Notes: generated by a model not told the origin, from the sequence alone. DNA of 63,787 nt, filler included, from Octopus bimaculoides (GCF_001194135.2; 5 parts of 5 records of this genome joined end to end with filler, not necessarily neighbours in it); one strand, 5' to 3'; shown: positions 25,050 through 39,389, numbered from the whole stretch's first letter. Made by a program: numbers and translations.

Positions 25050-26480
25050 GTTAATTGAAGGATGTGGGACACTATATTCTGTCTTTTAGTTCATCTATTG
25101 AGAAGCAAAAAACTTATCCGAAGTTGTTTGATGTTTATGGCATGTCATCTCTCTGTACAATTCAGTGTAAGAACTGAAGTCATTGTAAACTCATCTTATA
25201 AGTTTTATGTCACATTCATGATTGGGGTTGTTATCAGCAAAAATTTTAGCCTTATTTTTTGCAGTAAATTTAAGTGAAGATGATGGAATTTCCATATTTG
25301 TATTTATCTGTATTCTCAACTTGCTTTTGTTCTTACAACATGAACTCCTTATATGTGACACTAACTACTCAACCACACCATATGTTCTTTCACGGATCAT
25401 TTAAAGTCTCTTACTGTAGTTTTATCCTCTTTGTTACCTTGAAGTTAGCTATCACACCTTGATTCATTGGTTGGAACAAAGGAGTTATATTCTTGCAGAT
25501 GTATTCTATTCTCACATTATCAGGAAGTGCATTTCAGTTCACTGGGTGGCTTTGTGCATTGACTAAAATGAGCAATACTTTGTCGGAGATATTAAATCTG
25601 GCACTGTACCTTCCTACACATCAAGCTAAAATAAAATGTTTGTAAGCCACTCTTTGAAAAGACTCTTAGTCATTCATTACTCTTATTTGAATACCATAGC
25701 AGAGGCAAATAAACTTTGCATAACCCTTGAAAGCCCTTGGATTTCTGAGAAATACATGAGTAGGGGCTGTAATTTCATATCACCAGCAGCATTTCCACCC
25801 AGAAGAAGAAGCAGATGAGTTTTGAAAGCTTTAAATCCTGATGTTGATTTTTCTCCTCTTGAAATATAAGTTCTAGCAGGCATGAACATCTAGAAAAGTG
25901 TAGTTTCATCAACATTATATACTTGCTCCCTTTAGCAATCATTTTTTTTTTTATCAGCTGTTCAGGGTAATTAGTGGTTGCTTTTATATCAGCACTGGAA
26001 ACTTCATCAATTGTTCTTATGTTTGGCAAATTCAAGCTCTTCTTAAGTCTTTCAAACCAACCTTTACTACCCAGAAAAGGTTTTTCGTTAGTTTCACATT
26101 TCTTTTTCTGAAAATTGTCATATAAACTTTTAAGTTTTTTATAATTACCACCATGCTTTTTGGCACAACACATTGAGTCTGATCTTCAATCAGTATATCC
26201 AAGAGCCGTCCTATTTTAAGCATCACATTAGAGCTATGAAAAAAATGAGGTCCAAATAGTTAACAGATTACTTTTTGAACACTTGACTTAATTTTCTCTT
26301 ATTGTTAAGTATTGTTTTCACTGTAAACATTGCAAGCTTTAATGTTTTGGCAATGTGGCTGTTTTTCTCTTCCCCAATCCAGCTTTTTTAAAACACCAAG
26401 TTTAATATTCCATCTAATCCTTTTCCAGACATCTTGCATTGTAGGTAAATCCAACAGCAGTGGGCAACTATCATCCACAA
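25050..26480 (-). mobile_element. Tigger/pogo transposase pseudogene
   Basis: Minus-strand fragments RLLDILIEDQTQ, FLGSKGWFERLKK, MPARTYIS..EKSTSGFKAFK..LLLGGNAAGDMKLQPLL, PMNQGVIANFK. Candidate TIR GTTGTAACTTGAGGGATACCTG ends at 27775. Confidence 0.88.
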
Positions 26481-27109
26481 CAAATATGTAGTAAAAGAAT
26501 ATAGCACCAGGAAAGAATATTTTTGTGAGAGCAAAAGAGTTACCTTATTCCTGTGGATGTAAGAATGTAAATGAGGTGAGAGGAAGTACTGCATGATTAC
26601 AGTTAGTTCGATGGTTATCAGGTACGTGTGTACTTAGTCCCTTGCACCTCTGACTTGAACCATAAAAAATCCCACACTCACACACACACTGTTGTGCTGA
26701 CATACAACATAGCAAAAAACATTGCTATCATGCTGAATACTGTTATTGTTGTTGCCTTCTGGTTATTCAAAAGTTGAGGGATTAATAGTGGTGGTGGAGG
26801 TTGGATCGGTCTTGGGATTGGTGATGATGGTGAGGATGGCTTTTTAGTTTCAAATTAAACCTCATTCACCTAAGATCAAAGACATTTCATTCAACATTTA
26901 TAATACTCTAGAGTACTGTATCATCTCATACTTGCACTTTATTTCAGATGGAGTTGCTTATCTTGTTCATACTATCATTGCTGTTGTTGGTCATTAAGTA
27001 GATGGTGGATTGGTAATGGCAGTAGTTATATTGGTTTTGGTGTTGATGCTGGTTGTGTTGGAATTGATGCTAGATAGTGCTGATGAAGGTTCATTCATAT
27101 CTGTGTGTG

Positions 27110-27141
<32 letters not shown>

Positions 27142-27296
27142 AGAAATCGGGATGACAAAGGAAATAAACAATTGTTACTAACTTCATTAGCTTTCATCTG
27201 TTTCTATTATATGGTATATGTATATTGAGTTCTGACCCCAGGTTATATGCTTCACATTGCCTAAGATAAATACTAATATATGTGTGTGTGTATGTA

Positions 27297-27397
<101 letters not shown>

Positions 27398-27774
27398 GTA
27401 TATACATGTATATGTATGTATATATGCATACATGTATATGTATGTATATATACATACATGCATACATACAAATATTCATACTGAAAAATTTCACTTTGCA
27501 CTTCATAAGTGTCTATAGTGATGCATACACATGCATATATGTAATATTTATGTATATGTGTTTGTATGTGCTGTGACTATAGTTTTTAAAAATTATTTAC
27601 TAATTTGATCTTAGCTTTTGGCTAAGAATAAAGTATTGTCTTTAACTCCTTGAAATTTATTTGTTTCCATAAAAGTGCAATTCAGATCATATTCTAAAAT
27701 TAGTGGTCATAATTTACTATTTTTATAAGTGTGAAACCCCATAACCTGGGACAGTTGTAACTTGAGGGATACCT

Positions 27775-27822
<48 letters not shown>

Positions 27823-27948
27823 TAAGGTTTTTAAACTTTTAAATTTTCATATTCAAAAGAGACAGAGACTTCAAATTCGATATATCGATTTATTCACCAC
27901 TCTGTGTTAACATTTCTGTGCCAAACTTATCCAGTGACTGATATATAC

Positions 27949-28000
<52 letters not shown>

Positions 28001-28149
28001 TAAGTAAGTAAAGAGGCATTTGTAAAATCCAGGCAATAACCTCAATCAGCACCCATGCAAATTTCAGGCTGACAAGATGCATAAAAGCAGAAAATATCGA
28101 ATATATCCAAAGTATTCCACACAAACTGAAAATTCAGGAAATCTTCATC

Positions 28150-30100
28150 AATCACAGACTCTGATACAAAAAAATAAAGAATGAGGATAATGGTATTACA
28201 TTTCTTATCCGGTTACGATCATTTCAGTAACAGGTAAAAAGATAAATCATTTAACATGTTGGAATATTTATAGTTGATGATTATACAAGTTCATGTGATA
28301 TTAAAAGAAAACCTGAACCTGTCATTTCATCATAACTTCAACCAGTGTAATATAATTACACATGAACAAACATGGTTGTAAATGCATTTAATGAGAGGGG
28401 CTTAGAATATCAAGGCAAGAAAGCAACTAGGTTGACATACCTAGAGAGCGGTATAAAGTAAAAGAATTACATAGACAGAAAGGAACACAGACAATGAGAG
28501 AATATCAGTTGTGATGCCAAGGCCATTGGCACAGGCAAATCAAAGGATGGATAATGTAGTAAACCATCTAAACAGAGAGGAAGGTATGCTTATTTGGCTA
28601 GTAGCAAACAAAGATATTCCCAGAGAGACATTAATTTGAGGGAAGAGGTAAGTCTAGAGGGACATTAAAGAAACAAAGTGAAGAGGAAGAGGAAAGAAAA
28701 ATTATATGAGGACTAAGAAGAATAGAAAAATAAAAGAAAGGTCTAAAATTTAAGGGGCTGATTAAGAGCCCATGAAACTAACTAGAGTACCAACTCAATA
28801 CATTGTCAAAATATTTCAATATATATTAAATCAAATGGTTACAACAGTAAAATAAAAGACTGAAAACAATTAAGTGATGATCATTGAGATAACAAGGAAT
28901 GAGATAATTAATAAGGAACGAGGTGATTAATATACTAGGAAGTTATTAATATTTTTATAAAAGACTAAAAGGGAGTTGCGAGACTGTAAGTATGGAAAGA
29001 GATCAGAGAGAATTGAAATGCAATTGATATTATATATCTAATTTTATATATGTTAACTAAAGGGAATCTTTAAAAATGTTTTCTTAAATTGGGGTGAAGA
29101 ATGATTAACAACTTATGCTTATTAATTAGTTGACACTTATACCTTAGGGTTTCAAATGCGTCTCCATGCAATTTAAATTACAACTCCCTTTTGAATGGAA
29201 ATGTGGTTCATATAACTGACCACAAATTAGAGTTATCAATATTTCTATCTTTAAAGATCCCAAATAAATTTTGCTAATGATGTATTGTGTAACATGCATT
29301 TATTGAAAGAATGTGATTACTCCATCAAGAGTTGAATTTTTATACTGTAGCACTGATATAGCAGTATACTTTATCATTTGTCTGGATAGTTATGCAAATT
29401 ATCAAGTTTACTAGCTAGGGAAAAATTATCAATTGTATTGTTATTGAAGCTGTTAGGAGAAGTTACAGGATCAATACTAATATTCATGTTTGATTGAGAT
29501 GTATTTTTAACCGAGGAGCTAAAGACAGAAAAACTACTATGATAATTAGAATCAGGTTTATAATTTCTAATATTGTTCAATTTCTTATTAATTGTGGCTA
29601 TATTATCAGTTAAGTTAGGCGTGGTGAAGTATGGAAATTTAAGCATGCCTATTGAATATTAATTTACAATATTTACAAGAAGCAATGAAAGTGCCTTTCC
29701 AGTGCTCAGAAGAGAATTGCAAAAATATCCATAACCACCTGAATAGGGTGGGCTTAAACCACAAAATATTCTGCTTACTTAACCTGTGTTCCATTATTGT
29801 TACTGCAATAACCTGATTTAAAATTAGGTTTTACAATTCTATTATATGAGCTGTTGTGATTACAGTAGTCACTAAGCTTAGTATTCCTAAGTTTAATCAT
29901 TCTACTTGTATTAGCTATAAGATGGTCATTCTAAATACATGGCTTTGGAATTTGCTCTCAGAGGAAAGTTTTAAGGGCATTTGGTTAATGCTCCAGAGAA
30001 ATGCTCCTTCCGATATTGATGGAGACCGTTATTCCTATATTGGCCTTATGACAATTCCTGCTTGAGCTAGATGCATGCTTGACTGTGTGATCAGTAGTAT
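28150..30100 (-). mobile_element. possible highly decayed LINE (ORF1/endonuclease-like)
   Basis: Purine-rich plus strand; minus strand has a Cys/His knuckle-like remnant (~29650-29750) and an N/S-rich ORF (29374-29646). No clean motif. Confidence 0.25.
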
Positions 30101-30389
30101 TGTAGTTTCATGGTTACTGAAATTAAGGTTTACAATATAATTTTTATTTGTTCCCTGAGGGATACGACCAACTATTCATAAATGGAATAATAATTTTGTT
30201 ATTAGCTACCTACTCAATTTTATCAATATATTCAGCCCTAGCTAAAAGCCTTGTGGTAATTGATATTCTGAGAATAAAATTTTCTCATTGCCGGAGAGTC
30301 TAGATGTACGAGACACATCTCTAGTATACATAACTCACATGTAGATATTTATATACATTCATATACATATGCATACATGTGTGTGTATG

Positions 30390-30462
<73 letters not shown>

Positions 30463-31784
30463 AAGGTTGAGTTCAATTAGAACAGTTTTACTTTGTGGGG
30501 TCCAAAGCTAGATTTCTAATAAAGATTCTTCATATTAAATTTGTAGCTTGCTATTGCAAGTATTTTATCAAAAAATATGAAAATTATACAAGTATAAGGT
30601 GTATTATTAGTATTTATAGAACACAGTCGTATATAAAGTCAGCAAAGCAATTAAAGATGGAGAAGATGAGATGTTAAAAGTTTGTTAATATTTTAATTCA
30701 TGCGTACGATCGTTTTAAATGGTAACACCAAAATGTAAGAAACATGGAAGAGATTAAATTAATTATAATTAATTTAATTATATATTACCATTCTCGTCAG
30801 TGCAAAAAATGAAGGAAACAGAAGAAGAAATATGTTGTAACAGGATCCTGCATTGAGTTCGTGCTGGATAACTCATTCGGATATTAACAAAAAAGTATGT
30901 GAAAGGTGAAATATAAAATATAAAAACATGGTTATGTAGTGTTGAGTCTAGTTATGTAAGATCTAAAACTGGTTTGGCTAACAAATATTTAGAAATATAA
31001 GTATGAAAAGTTAAAGAAGCATTCTCTCTATATGGGTACAGGTAATATTGTGAAACACGTACCATATAAGTTTATATCATAAGGAATAAATTATATAAAT
31101 ATCAATAAACACGCACAAATACAGTCACATATACACACAAAACATATACATATACATATATATTTATATTTATATATATATGTGTGTGTGTATACATATA
31201 CGCATATCTATATAAACACACACACTATGTGTGTATATACAAAAAAGCAAAATGTGCACACATATATTATACACATACATACATGCACACACAAAAAAAT
31301 CGAGCATACATATGCATGTAAACATAATCGTATACATATATGTGTACATATAAAGAATAAGCATCCAATGGAACATCATAGTTATATTTAAATTTATATG
31401 TGGTTTGACATTTATGAGTGGTGTACAATGAAAACATATTTGGAATAAAAAAATGGTTAAAAATTAAAAAAGAAACAGTTTACTAAAAGAAAAATACCTG
31501 AGATAGGAGGTGTAGGTAGATTAGAATTTTTTATATAAGTACATAGAAAATCGAGGGACAGGGAAAGAAATTAATTGTAGTAATATAATAGTGAAATAAT
31601 GCTAATAAAAATGGTTAGATAGTGTTATATTTGATTGTCAGAAAGAGGGAAGAGTTGTTATATATATGGTTCGTTTTTGGATTTGGTTTGCAAGATTCTT
31701 TATGTGAGTTTATGTGTTGAAGCATATTTTGTTGTGTCTGGGGAGAGTCATTTTCTTTTTGTGCCTTATAATTTAACACACAAA

Positions 31785-33060
31785 AGCCACCTTGAAGAAC
31801 CACAGTAAAGTTTAACAAAAAACTATACATGCAGGTTCAAGGTGCAGCCGTCGGTGTTGGTGTAGCTGGAGATGTGGCCGGCCTCTTCATGACCTGGTGG
31901 GACAGAAAACTTAAACAAATGATAGCAGAACAGTCCACAACTCTTCCACTCTACAGTATATATGTAGATGACATTAATATCATAGTTAGGACTAACTCTA
32001 GTGACGGTAGTGTAGAAATTGAGAAGAACGTAATGGAGAGCATCCAGCAAATAGCTAACTCCATCCACCACAGTATCAAGGTAACTATAGATTACTCCAC
32101 GAAGCACCCCAACAATAGACTCCCTGTACTTGATACTGAACTTTGGTTAGAAACTGTGAACAATAGAGTGCAGCTCCTCCACTCCTATTACATGAAACCC
32201 ATCACTTCAAAATGTGCTGTTCACAAGAACTCAGCTTTGTCACACATGAAAATTAACATACTGATTGATAACAGACTTAGTTAGGATAATGAACAATGTG
32301 TCCCCACTATGTGAACCCTATAAAATGAAAAAACATATACAGAATTTCATGCACTGCATGCAGTTCTCTGGATATGATAAGAAAGATAGGGTTCGAATAT
32401 ACAGGGTGGTGGGGCTAGAAAGAAATTAGATAGCATCATACATAATGATACCAGTGGTACCTGCCCTAGATATAGAAACAAAGAATGTAATAGGATACAA
32501 AGAACTTGTGACAAAGCAAACAAGGCGAGCATGTGATATAAAACTGACAAATATCAAGGAGTGATGTTTGTAGAAGCCACAGCCCATGGAGAACTAGCCC
32601 GTAGATTTAGAAAAGCTCTGAAGGAGGCCAAACTCAACATTAAGATTGTTGAAAAGCCAGGGAACTCCGTCAGATCACAACTATGTAGGACATACCCCTT
32701 TAAGAATTCCATATGTACCAATGATAACTGCATGGTATGTAGGATTAGCCCTGGCATTAACTGTAGAGCTAGAAATGTAGTTTACAGCATAAGATGCATA
32801 GAAGGTGCTTGTAAAGACATGAACATGACATACATAGGAGAGACATAGGAGCATTGCGGAATGACTAAATAAACATCTGAGACAATATGACAACAAAAAA
32901 CAGTCCTCCATACTCTGCCAACATACCAAAGACCAACATGGAGGCAACCTGGGTCAACATGACATCCGCATCTTATCCAAGCACCCAAAAGACCCAACAC
33001 TCAGACAAATATGGGAGTATGTCCTTATAAATGAAACTTCCCCGATACTAAATAGGAAAT
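31785..33060 (+). mobile_element. Penelope-like element (RT + C-terminal GIY-YIG), probably Naiad-type, pseudogene
   Basis: QVQGAAVG..YVDDINI..LPVLDTELW..HSYYMKP (PLE RT); LVRIMNNVS..SGYD..CPRYRNKECNR; FVEATAHGELARRF..KIVEKPG..C..NC..C; NVVYSIRC..YIGET..RSIAE*LNKHL..H..H..DPTLRQIWE..LNRK. Confidence 0.9.
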
Positions 33061-33094
33061 ATACATAGTAGATATCATATCCCCATACCTACAG

Positions 33095-33260
33095 TTTACA
33101 CCATATATTCCAGGTCTTGTGCCCTCTAACTTTCACCTCTTCCATCCATTGAAGAACAGCAACAGCTACTTGATATTACAGACAAGGTAAAAATAGTTGG
33201 TACAGGAGTGAACATCTAAATATTTTCAAAGAGTATTCAAGATTTGGGTTTGACAATATT
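33095..33260 (+). mobile_element. mariner transposase fragment
   Basis: PYIPGLVPSNFHLFHPLKN resembles the mariner PYSPDLAPSDFHLF motif. Confidence 0.6.
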
Positions 33261-33857
33261 GCAGAGGTATTGCTTATGATGGAGACTATGTTTAGTAGTA
33301 GCTTTCTATGGAGGAACATTTACTCTGCATACATGTACAGTTTGAATGACCTATGTCAGTTAATAAAAAGGTTATGCCCACTTCTGCATTACTGTTGGAA
33401 TAACAACTGTAAACTCACAAACACACACACACATGGCTTTATATATGTAAGTATATCATCATCGTTATCAGTCTGGAGAAATAGTTCTCTTGACTTTTTA
33501 TGATGTGTAGCTGCTTCTTCGGACAATGCAGACACATCACAGTAAACCAATGGTGAAAGCAGTGCAAATTAAAAAAAAAAGGTTTGTTCAAGCAGTGACA
33601 GTAAGAAATGCTGAAATCAATAAAAATAATCACAATGTGTTAATAATATCAACAACAACAATAGTAACAATGGCACAAATGTACTGCTGAAATTAGAGTA
33701 ACATGCCATTAGCATGCATGCATGTGCACGCGCGTGCACACACACACACACACATGTAAGTATGTATATTGAAAGCACAACTCTGTTGTAATTCAGTTTT
33801 TTTAAATAAAGTTTTCTCATGTCCATGTATGAGACCTCTGTAGTGTATTCGGAATTG

Positions 33858-34730
33858 TAAATTTCTTAAATTCATCTTTGTCAATATTTCCAGCCTATCT
33901 GAGGAAGTGAAGTGGTTTTAGCTGCTGTGGGGCTCTTTTAAAAGTGGGCAGCTTATGTTAAAACATTTGTAACAAGGAATAAAAATTACACATTATACCA
34001 AAAATCTAAGCTAGATGAGAAAATATTAGCAAAAATCCTTCCAAAGTTTACAGAGTTTTTCACAGAGATAGATGATTGATTCTGGAAATGACATTTTGCA
34101 GTACAAGTCTACAATTCAGACACAACATCATCATCGTCATAATCATCATCAACATTTAACATCTGTTTTCCATGTTGGCAGCTTGACTGGAATTGGCAAG
34201 ATCAGGAGCTGCACTAGGTTCCATAGTATGTTTTGGCTTGGTTTCTAGGGCTGGATGTCCTTTGTAATGCCAACCACTTTACACAGTGTACTAGGTACTA
34301 TCACCAGTTCTGTTTATGTGACACCTAGCACCAGTGTTTTATATGTGACACCAGCATCCACACCAATACTTTTTACTTAGTAATTTGGTTTTAGGATCTC
34401 AATTCTGTCATGGTGGGTGAGTCTTCTTGGGTAGAGCAATGTGCTTACATATCTCAGTACTCAAAAAAATCTGTGCCTATCCAGTGGACCTTCATTAACG
34501 TATGGGGAAATCATGATTGACTGGTGGCATTTGAACTCAGAGTGCTGGACCAAATATCGCTACTTCTTCACATGCTGCAAATGTAAATCCTATCCTTTAC
34601 CATAGCTCTAATGGTAAAATTCAGCCAGGAAATATTTATGAAGCTGTTTATTATAAAAATGGCAGCACAGGAGCCGAGATCATTCCGCTTCCTTAGATAG
34701 CCTGGAAACATTAATAAAAATGAATTTGGG
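33858..34730. repeat. diverged inverted repeat arms (33858-33950 and 34640-34730)
   Basis: AAATTCATCTTTGTCAATATTTCCAGCCTATCTGAGGAAG versus reverse complement AAATTCATTTTTATTAATGTTTCCAGGCTATCTAAGGAAG. Confidence 0.65.
34125..34340 (-). mobile_element. RTE-type 3' tail fragment
   Basis: (CAT)n + TTTAACATCTGTTTTCCATG..GGCTGGATGTCCTT..AATGCCAACCAC; relatives at ~23660, 49659 and 52672. Confidence 0.6.
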
Positions 34731-35389
34731 AATTTTATTGTTGTAAATGAACCCTAATTTTCATATAGTTGTGCCTTTCAAAACAACATGTTTTAAAAAA
34801 AATTGTTCCCTTACATACAAATTTAGAACTACATAATAACAAATCAAAAAGCCAAAATTGTACTGCAAAATTCTAGAAGACATTGACTGGAAGAGAATTA
34901 CACAAAGCAACCCAAGCAAAAGAAAATATTGAAACAGATTACATAGTTGCAGAAGAAAATACATAAATCAGTAAGTGAAAAACATTTATTAACTGCAGAT
35001 ATCACTCTCTTGAAGCATTAAGTAGAAGAATATAAATAAATTAAGTAAACTATACAAAAGAAAAATCATGCTCTCTGAGGAAGAAGATAAACATGAAAAA
35101 AAATTTAATTAAGCTACTGTACCAAGGTTTGGTAGTGGTGAATGCAATAAAAATAGATGCTCACAAAAAAAAAAACTAAATATATAAGTGGTCCAACAAG
35201 TCATACATGATTTAAAACATACTGACCACATGAAAATATGCAAGGGGTCAAAAGCAATATGTTCTTAATCAGAGAGAGAGAGAGAGAGAGATGAATACAT
35301 TACACAAATCAATAATTTACAGAAAGACAAAAAGTTTACAAAGATTCATACATACAACACCAACCAATTAATAATCAAATTAAGTTTAA

Positions 35390-35607
35390 CCCTTTAGCAT
35401 TCAAATTACTCTGTCAAATGTGGTACATATTTACATTGTTTTAAGTTAACCATGGATTATCTCAAAGCCTCAAGATTTCAATGATGTGATTGTTTATCTT
35501 TAGAATGACAGTGTATGGTAGGTGTGAGAGGCCTGATCTGGCTGGTTTGCACAATTAAATAAGTTGAATATTTTGGGCCAGATATGGCTGGTTTAAATGC
35601 CAATGGG
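35390..35607. mobile_element. piggyBac-like MITE
   Basis: TTAA on both sides (35386-35389, 35608-35611); TIRs CCCTTTAGCATTCAAA / reverse complement CCCATTGGCATTTAAA. Confidence 0.8.
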
Positions 35608-35778
35608 TTAATGTCAGCAATAAATGCACAAATAAGATGCTTGTACTTTATTAAAGAATTCATTCCAACACACACACATATATATAGTGCAGTAATGATA
35701 TACAAACAAGGCAAACTCTTCTGTCTCATAATATCCCAAATAAATACACCTCTATGCAAAATTTCCAGACAACTAGAT

Positions 35779-35990
35779 CATCATCATCATTGTGAATCTT
35801 CTCAATTAAGTGCAAGTTTTCTAGCTGCCTTGCCACTCTGTTCAACCATTGCATTCATTACCTGCCTCTTGATCTATTACCCACTTTTTTTTCCATGATG
35901 ATGTTCTCTAGACTTCTGCTTCTTCAAATATGGCCATATTAGATGAGCTTTTGCTTTTTCATGATGCTCAGGAATTGTCATCTTCACCTA
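35779..35990 (-). mobile_element. RTE LINE 3' end
   Basis: IMKKQKLI*YGHI*RSRSLENIIME..RSRGR..W followed by a (GAT)n tail. Confidence 0.7.
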
Positions 35991-36369
35991 CTTGTAACGT
36001 CAAAAGATACACATCAGAGAATTACACTATCATTTTAGAAGAAATGAACAAAATATGTAGCATTTCTGCTCTGGATGATACACAACATACAAAGAAATGC
36101 ATATATCTATACGAAGATAGCAAATGCCTGCATAACTACAAAATATCAGGGATAAAAAACATGGCTTAGAACATTTAGATTCTCTTCTACAGATGAAACA
36201 TTACACAAAGAGATCCACAAAATAAAACAAGTACTAATTGACAATAGATATTCAAAAAGACTTGTTCAAGTTATTGATGGCTATTGACAGAAATATAATG
36301 AAATACATTAGACAGCACACTACAATTAATACACATATTTCACATTATACACACTCTGTGCTTCACATG

Positions 36370-36868
36370 ATATGCTGTGATGAGTGTCACCAACGTTTAC
36401 GACAACAACAGGGTGGAGGAGTCATGTTATGGGCTGGTATCATTGGGACAGACTTGTTGGCCTAGTCAGGATGTCTGAAGGGGTTAAACTGACTGCAGCC
36501 GCCTACTGCAATGTCCTGAAGGAGCTCTTGGATCCCTATCTAGATGACATACTGCTGTCACTTCTAAAGAATCTCGTATTCATGCATGACAATGCTCCCT
36601 CCCACTCTGCTAGGACCACTCAAACATTACTAGGGTCTTACAGCATACAAGGTGGCCGCCAGCATCTCTGGATCTCAACCCTATCGAAAATCTTTGGTCC
36701 ATCATTAAACATGATGGATGCTAATTTTCATCAAAAGATGTCTTATGGGTGACCATCAAAGCTGCAGCAGAGGCAGTCCAACCTGCTGCTATTAAGAAAT
36801 TGACAGATTCCATGACTAATAGGGTTTTTGAAGTTATCCGTCAAAATGGCGCTCATGTGGCTAAATGA
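36370..36868 (+). mobile_element. Tc1-family transposase pseudogene (DDE domain part)
   Basis: RQQQGGGVMLWAGII; VKLTAAAYC..LVFMHDNAPSH; PDLNPIEN-like motif after a frameshift; ends RVFEVIRQNGAHVAK*. Confidence 0.85.
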
Positions 36869-37379
36869 TTCATTATGTCAATAAATGTTATAATATTATT
36901 ATGGTTTTCTGTTAAATGTATACTCAATGTATGCTTAATATGTATCATTACCCTTCATTTTCTGAAGAAAAAAATGTCAAGATGGGCTATTTTCATTCAA
37001 AAGCTATTGGCATGGTTCACCCAAAAACTGAAGAATTTGAAATAAAAAAGAAAGTTGAAATGCATGTAGGTCCAAAAAAGGATGCTATAAATAACTGATA
37101 AATAAAATTATAGATGTGAAGAATCTCTGTTCTCCTTATCATTAGTAATACCATTACTGACTCTACAGAAATCATGCAGTCCTCAATAGGACACTTGAAT
37201 TTACCCAGCAAGAAAAGTTTCCAGAGCTGAGCAACTTATTGTTAACTCAGGTATCACAAAAAGACCATTGTGGTTAGCCGGCATCTGAAACAGAATTGAG
37301 AGGAAACATGGTAACTGCCAGGATAATATATACCTTTAAACTCATTTTTGGATATATATATACTGTATATATACATATA

Positions 37380-37612
37380 CAAGGTTAGCTAAAAGTCACC
37401 TGACAGTAAATCAAAACCATTTAATTTCAAGATTAAAATATGTCAAACAACTGAATGAATTTAATAAAAGCATCTAAATATGAAACATCATGAAAATTGT
37501 TCAAACTGAAGTCCTTCTTGACCAACACATTTTCCCATTCAAGTCAATACAGAATTACAGATAGTATTTATGGAATTTTAATTTACTGTCAGGTGACTTT
37601 TGACCAACCCTG
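37380..37612. mobile_element. Tc1/mariner-type MITE
   Basis: ~32-bp TIRs CAAGGTTAGCTAAAAGTCACCTGACAGTAAAT / reverse complement CAGGGTTGGTCAAAAGTCACCTGACAGTAAAT; TA on both sides. Confidence 0.88.
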
Positions 37613-38443
37613 TATGTGTGTGTGTGTNNNNNNNNNNNNNNNNNNNNNNNNNNNNNNNNNNNNNNNNNNNNTTAATTAATTAANNNNNNNNNNNNNNNNN
37701 NNNNNNNNNNNNNNNNNNNNNNNNNNNTATATATATATATATATATATATATCAGCTGAGAGTTACAATAGAAGATTCTTGCCGCAGCTTCTACATAGTG
37801 AGATAGAACCCAAAACCACATGGCAGGGACATGAAATTCCTACCCACACAGTCACATCTGTGCTTACAAAACTAGTACAACAGCATGTGGAAGAATAACA
37901 AAATGAAACTAAGGAATAAAATACCAAGCCATCGTTAAGCGTTAACGGCCTTTCTGCCACAAGCCATTAATAAATTCAAAAGCATTTCACACTATGTTGC
38001 CGGAATATATTCCATTTCTTTTTCTGCAGCAAATTTAAATCAAAATGTGGCTGAATGACATTTTGAGGAGAAAAATATTCTCTCAGAAATAAGTGCAACT
38101 ATCTCTGTGAGTGAAACTGTTATTTTATGCAAACATGTTACTATGTAATAAATGAAGTGATGGCGGAAAAATAAAACTTTCTTTAAATTATCTATCATAA
38201 TCCCCCCAATAAAAATGGAAATAGCTCAGATGGAATGAAAGGCCCAGTGCTATCAAAGTCAATTCTATCTTGAAATTGGACTACATATGGAAGATTTATT
38301 GAGAATTTCTTTCTGTCCATAGGGAACTGCACAGCTCACAGTTAGCATACAGAAAATTAAACAATATGACACACATATGTAACACACATCACAAATATAC
38401 TTGACCACAAAGACACATATTTAAACACAATAACACACAAATA

Positions 38444-38474
<31 letters not shown>

Positions 38475-39389
38475 TTATAGGTATATACTGAAACATTAAC
38501 AAACAATAACTGCTTAATAAGTGTCTTATATAACATATGAGTTTTATCAGTAACTGATTTATTTCCAAACGGTGATGATGACAGTGGTGGCGATCATAGT
38601 AGTAGTAGTAGTAGTGGTGGTGGTGGTGGTAGTAGTAGTAGTAAAGATAATAAAAGCTCTTCATCTTTTCATGTCAGAAGATAAAGCTTTCAGGGAGAGT
38701 AAAGTGGGACAATAACAAACAAGAATGTCTTTGCTGCAAGCTTCCCCTACGAGTGTATAATGGACTGTCNNNNNNNNNNNNNNNNNNNNNNNNNNNNNNN
38801 NNNNNNNNNNNNNNNNNNNNNNNNNNNNNNNNNNNNNNNNNNNNNNNNNNNNNNNNNNNNNNNNNNNNNNNNNNNNNNNNNNNNNNNNNNNNNNNNNNNN
38901 NNNNNNNNNNNNNNNNNNNNNNNNNNNNNNNNNNNNNNNNNNNNNNNNNNNNNNNNNNNNNNNNNNNNNNNNNNNNNNNNNNNNNNNNNNNNNNNNNNNN
39001 NNNNNNNNNNNNNNNNNNNNNNNNNNNNNNNNNNNNNNNNNNNNNNNNNNNNNNNNNNNNNNNNNNNNNNNNNNNNNNNNNNNNNNNNNNNNNNNNNNNN
39101 NNNNNNNNNNNNNNNNNNNNNNNNNNNNNNNNNNNNNNNNNNNNNNNNNNNNNNNNNNNNNNNNNNNNNNNNNNNNNNNNNNNNNNNNNNNNNNNNNNNN
39201 NNNNNNNNNNNNNNNNNNNNNNNNNNNNNNNNNNNNNNNNNNNNNNNNNNNNNNNNNNNNNNNNNNNNNNNNNNNNNNNNNNNNNNNNNNNNNNNNNNNN
39301 NNNNNNNNNNNNNNNNNNNNNNNNNNNNNNNNNNNNNNNNNNNNNNNNNNNNNNNNNNNNNNNNNNNNNNNNNNNNNNAATCTATTAAG

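Noticed and set aside
27927-28153. Hydrophobic ORF with a strong upstream acceptor as a membrane-protein exon
   Set aside because: No convincing donor in the open frame; T-rich DNA gives hydrophobic translations by default.
32534-32864. In-frame TGA codons in the Naiad-like element as selenocysteine
   Set aside because: They fall at expected Trp (WYK) and Arg (ER) positions, not Cys, and the copy also has frameshifts, so this is ordinary decay.
34601-34701. Apparently perfect minus-strand exon (GYLRKRNDLGSCAAIFIINSFINISWLNFTIRAM)
   Set aside because: The acceptor and the first ~60 bp are a diverged inverted copy of 33858-33950, so it is more likely repeat-derived; the plus strand is equally open.
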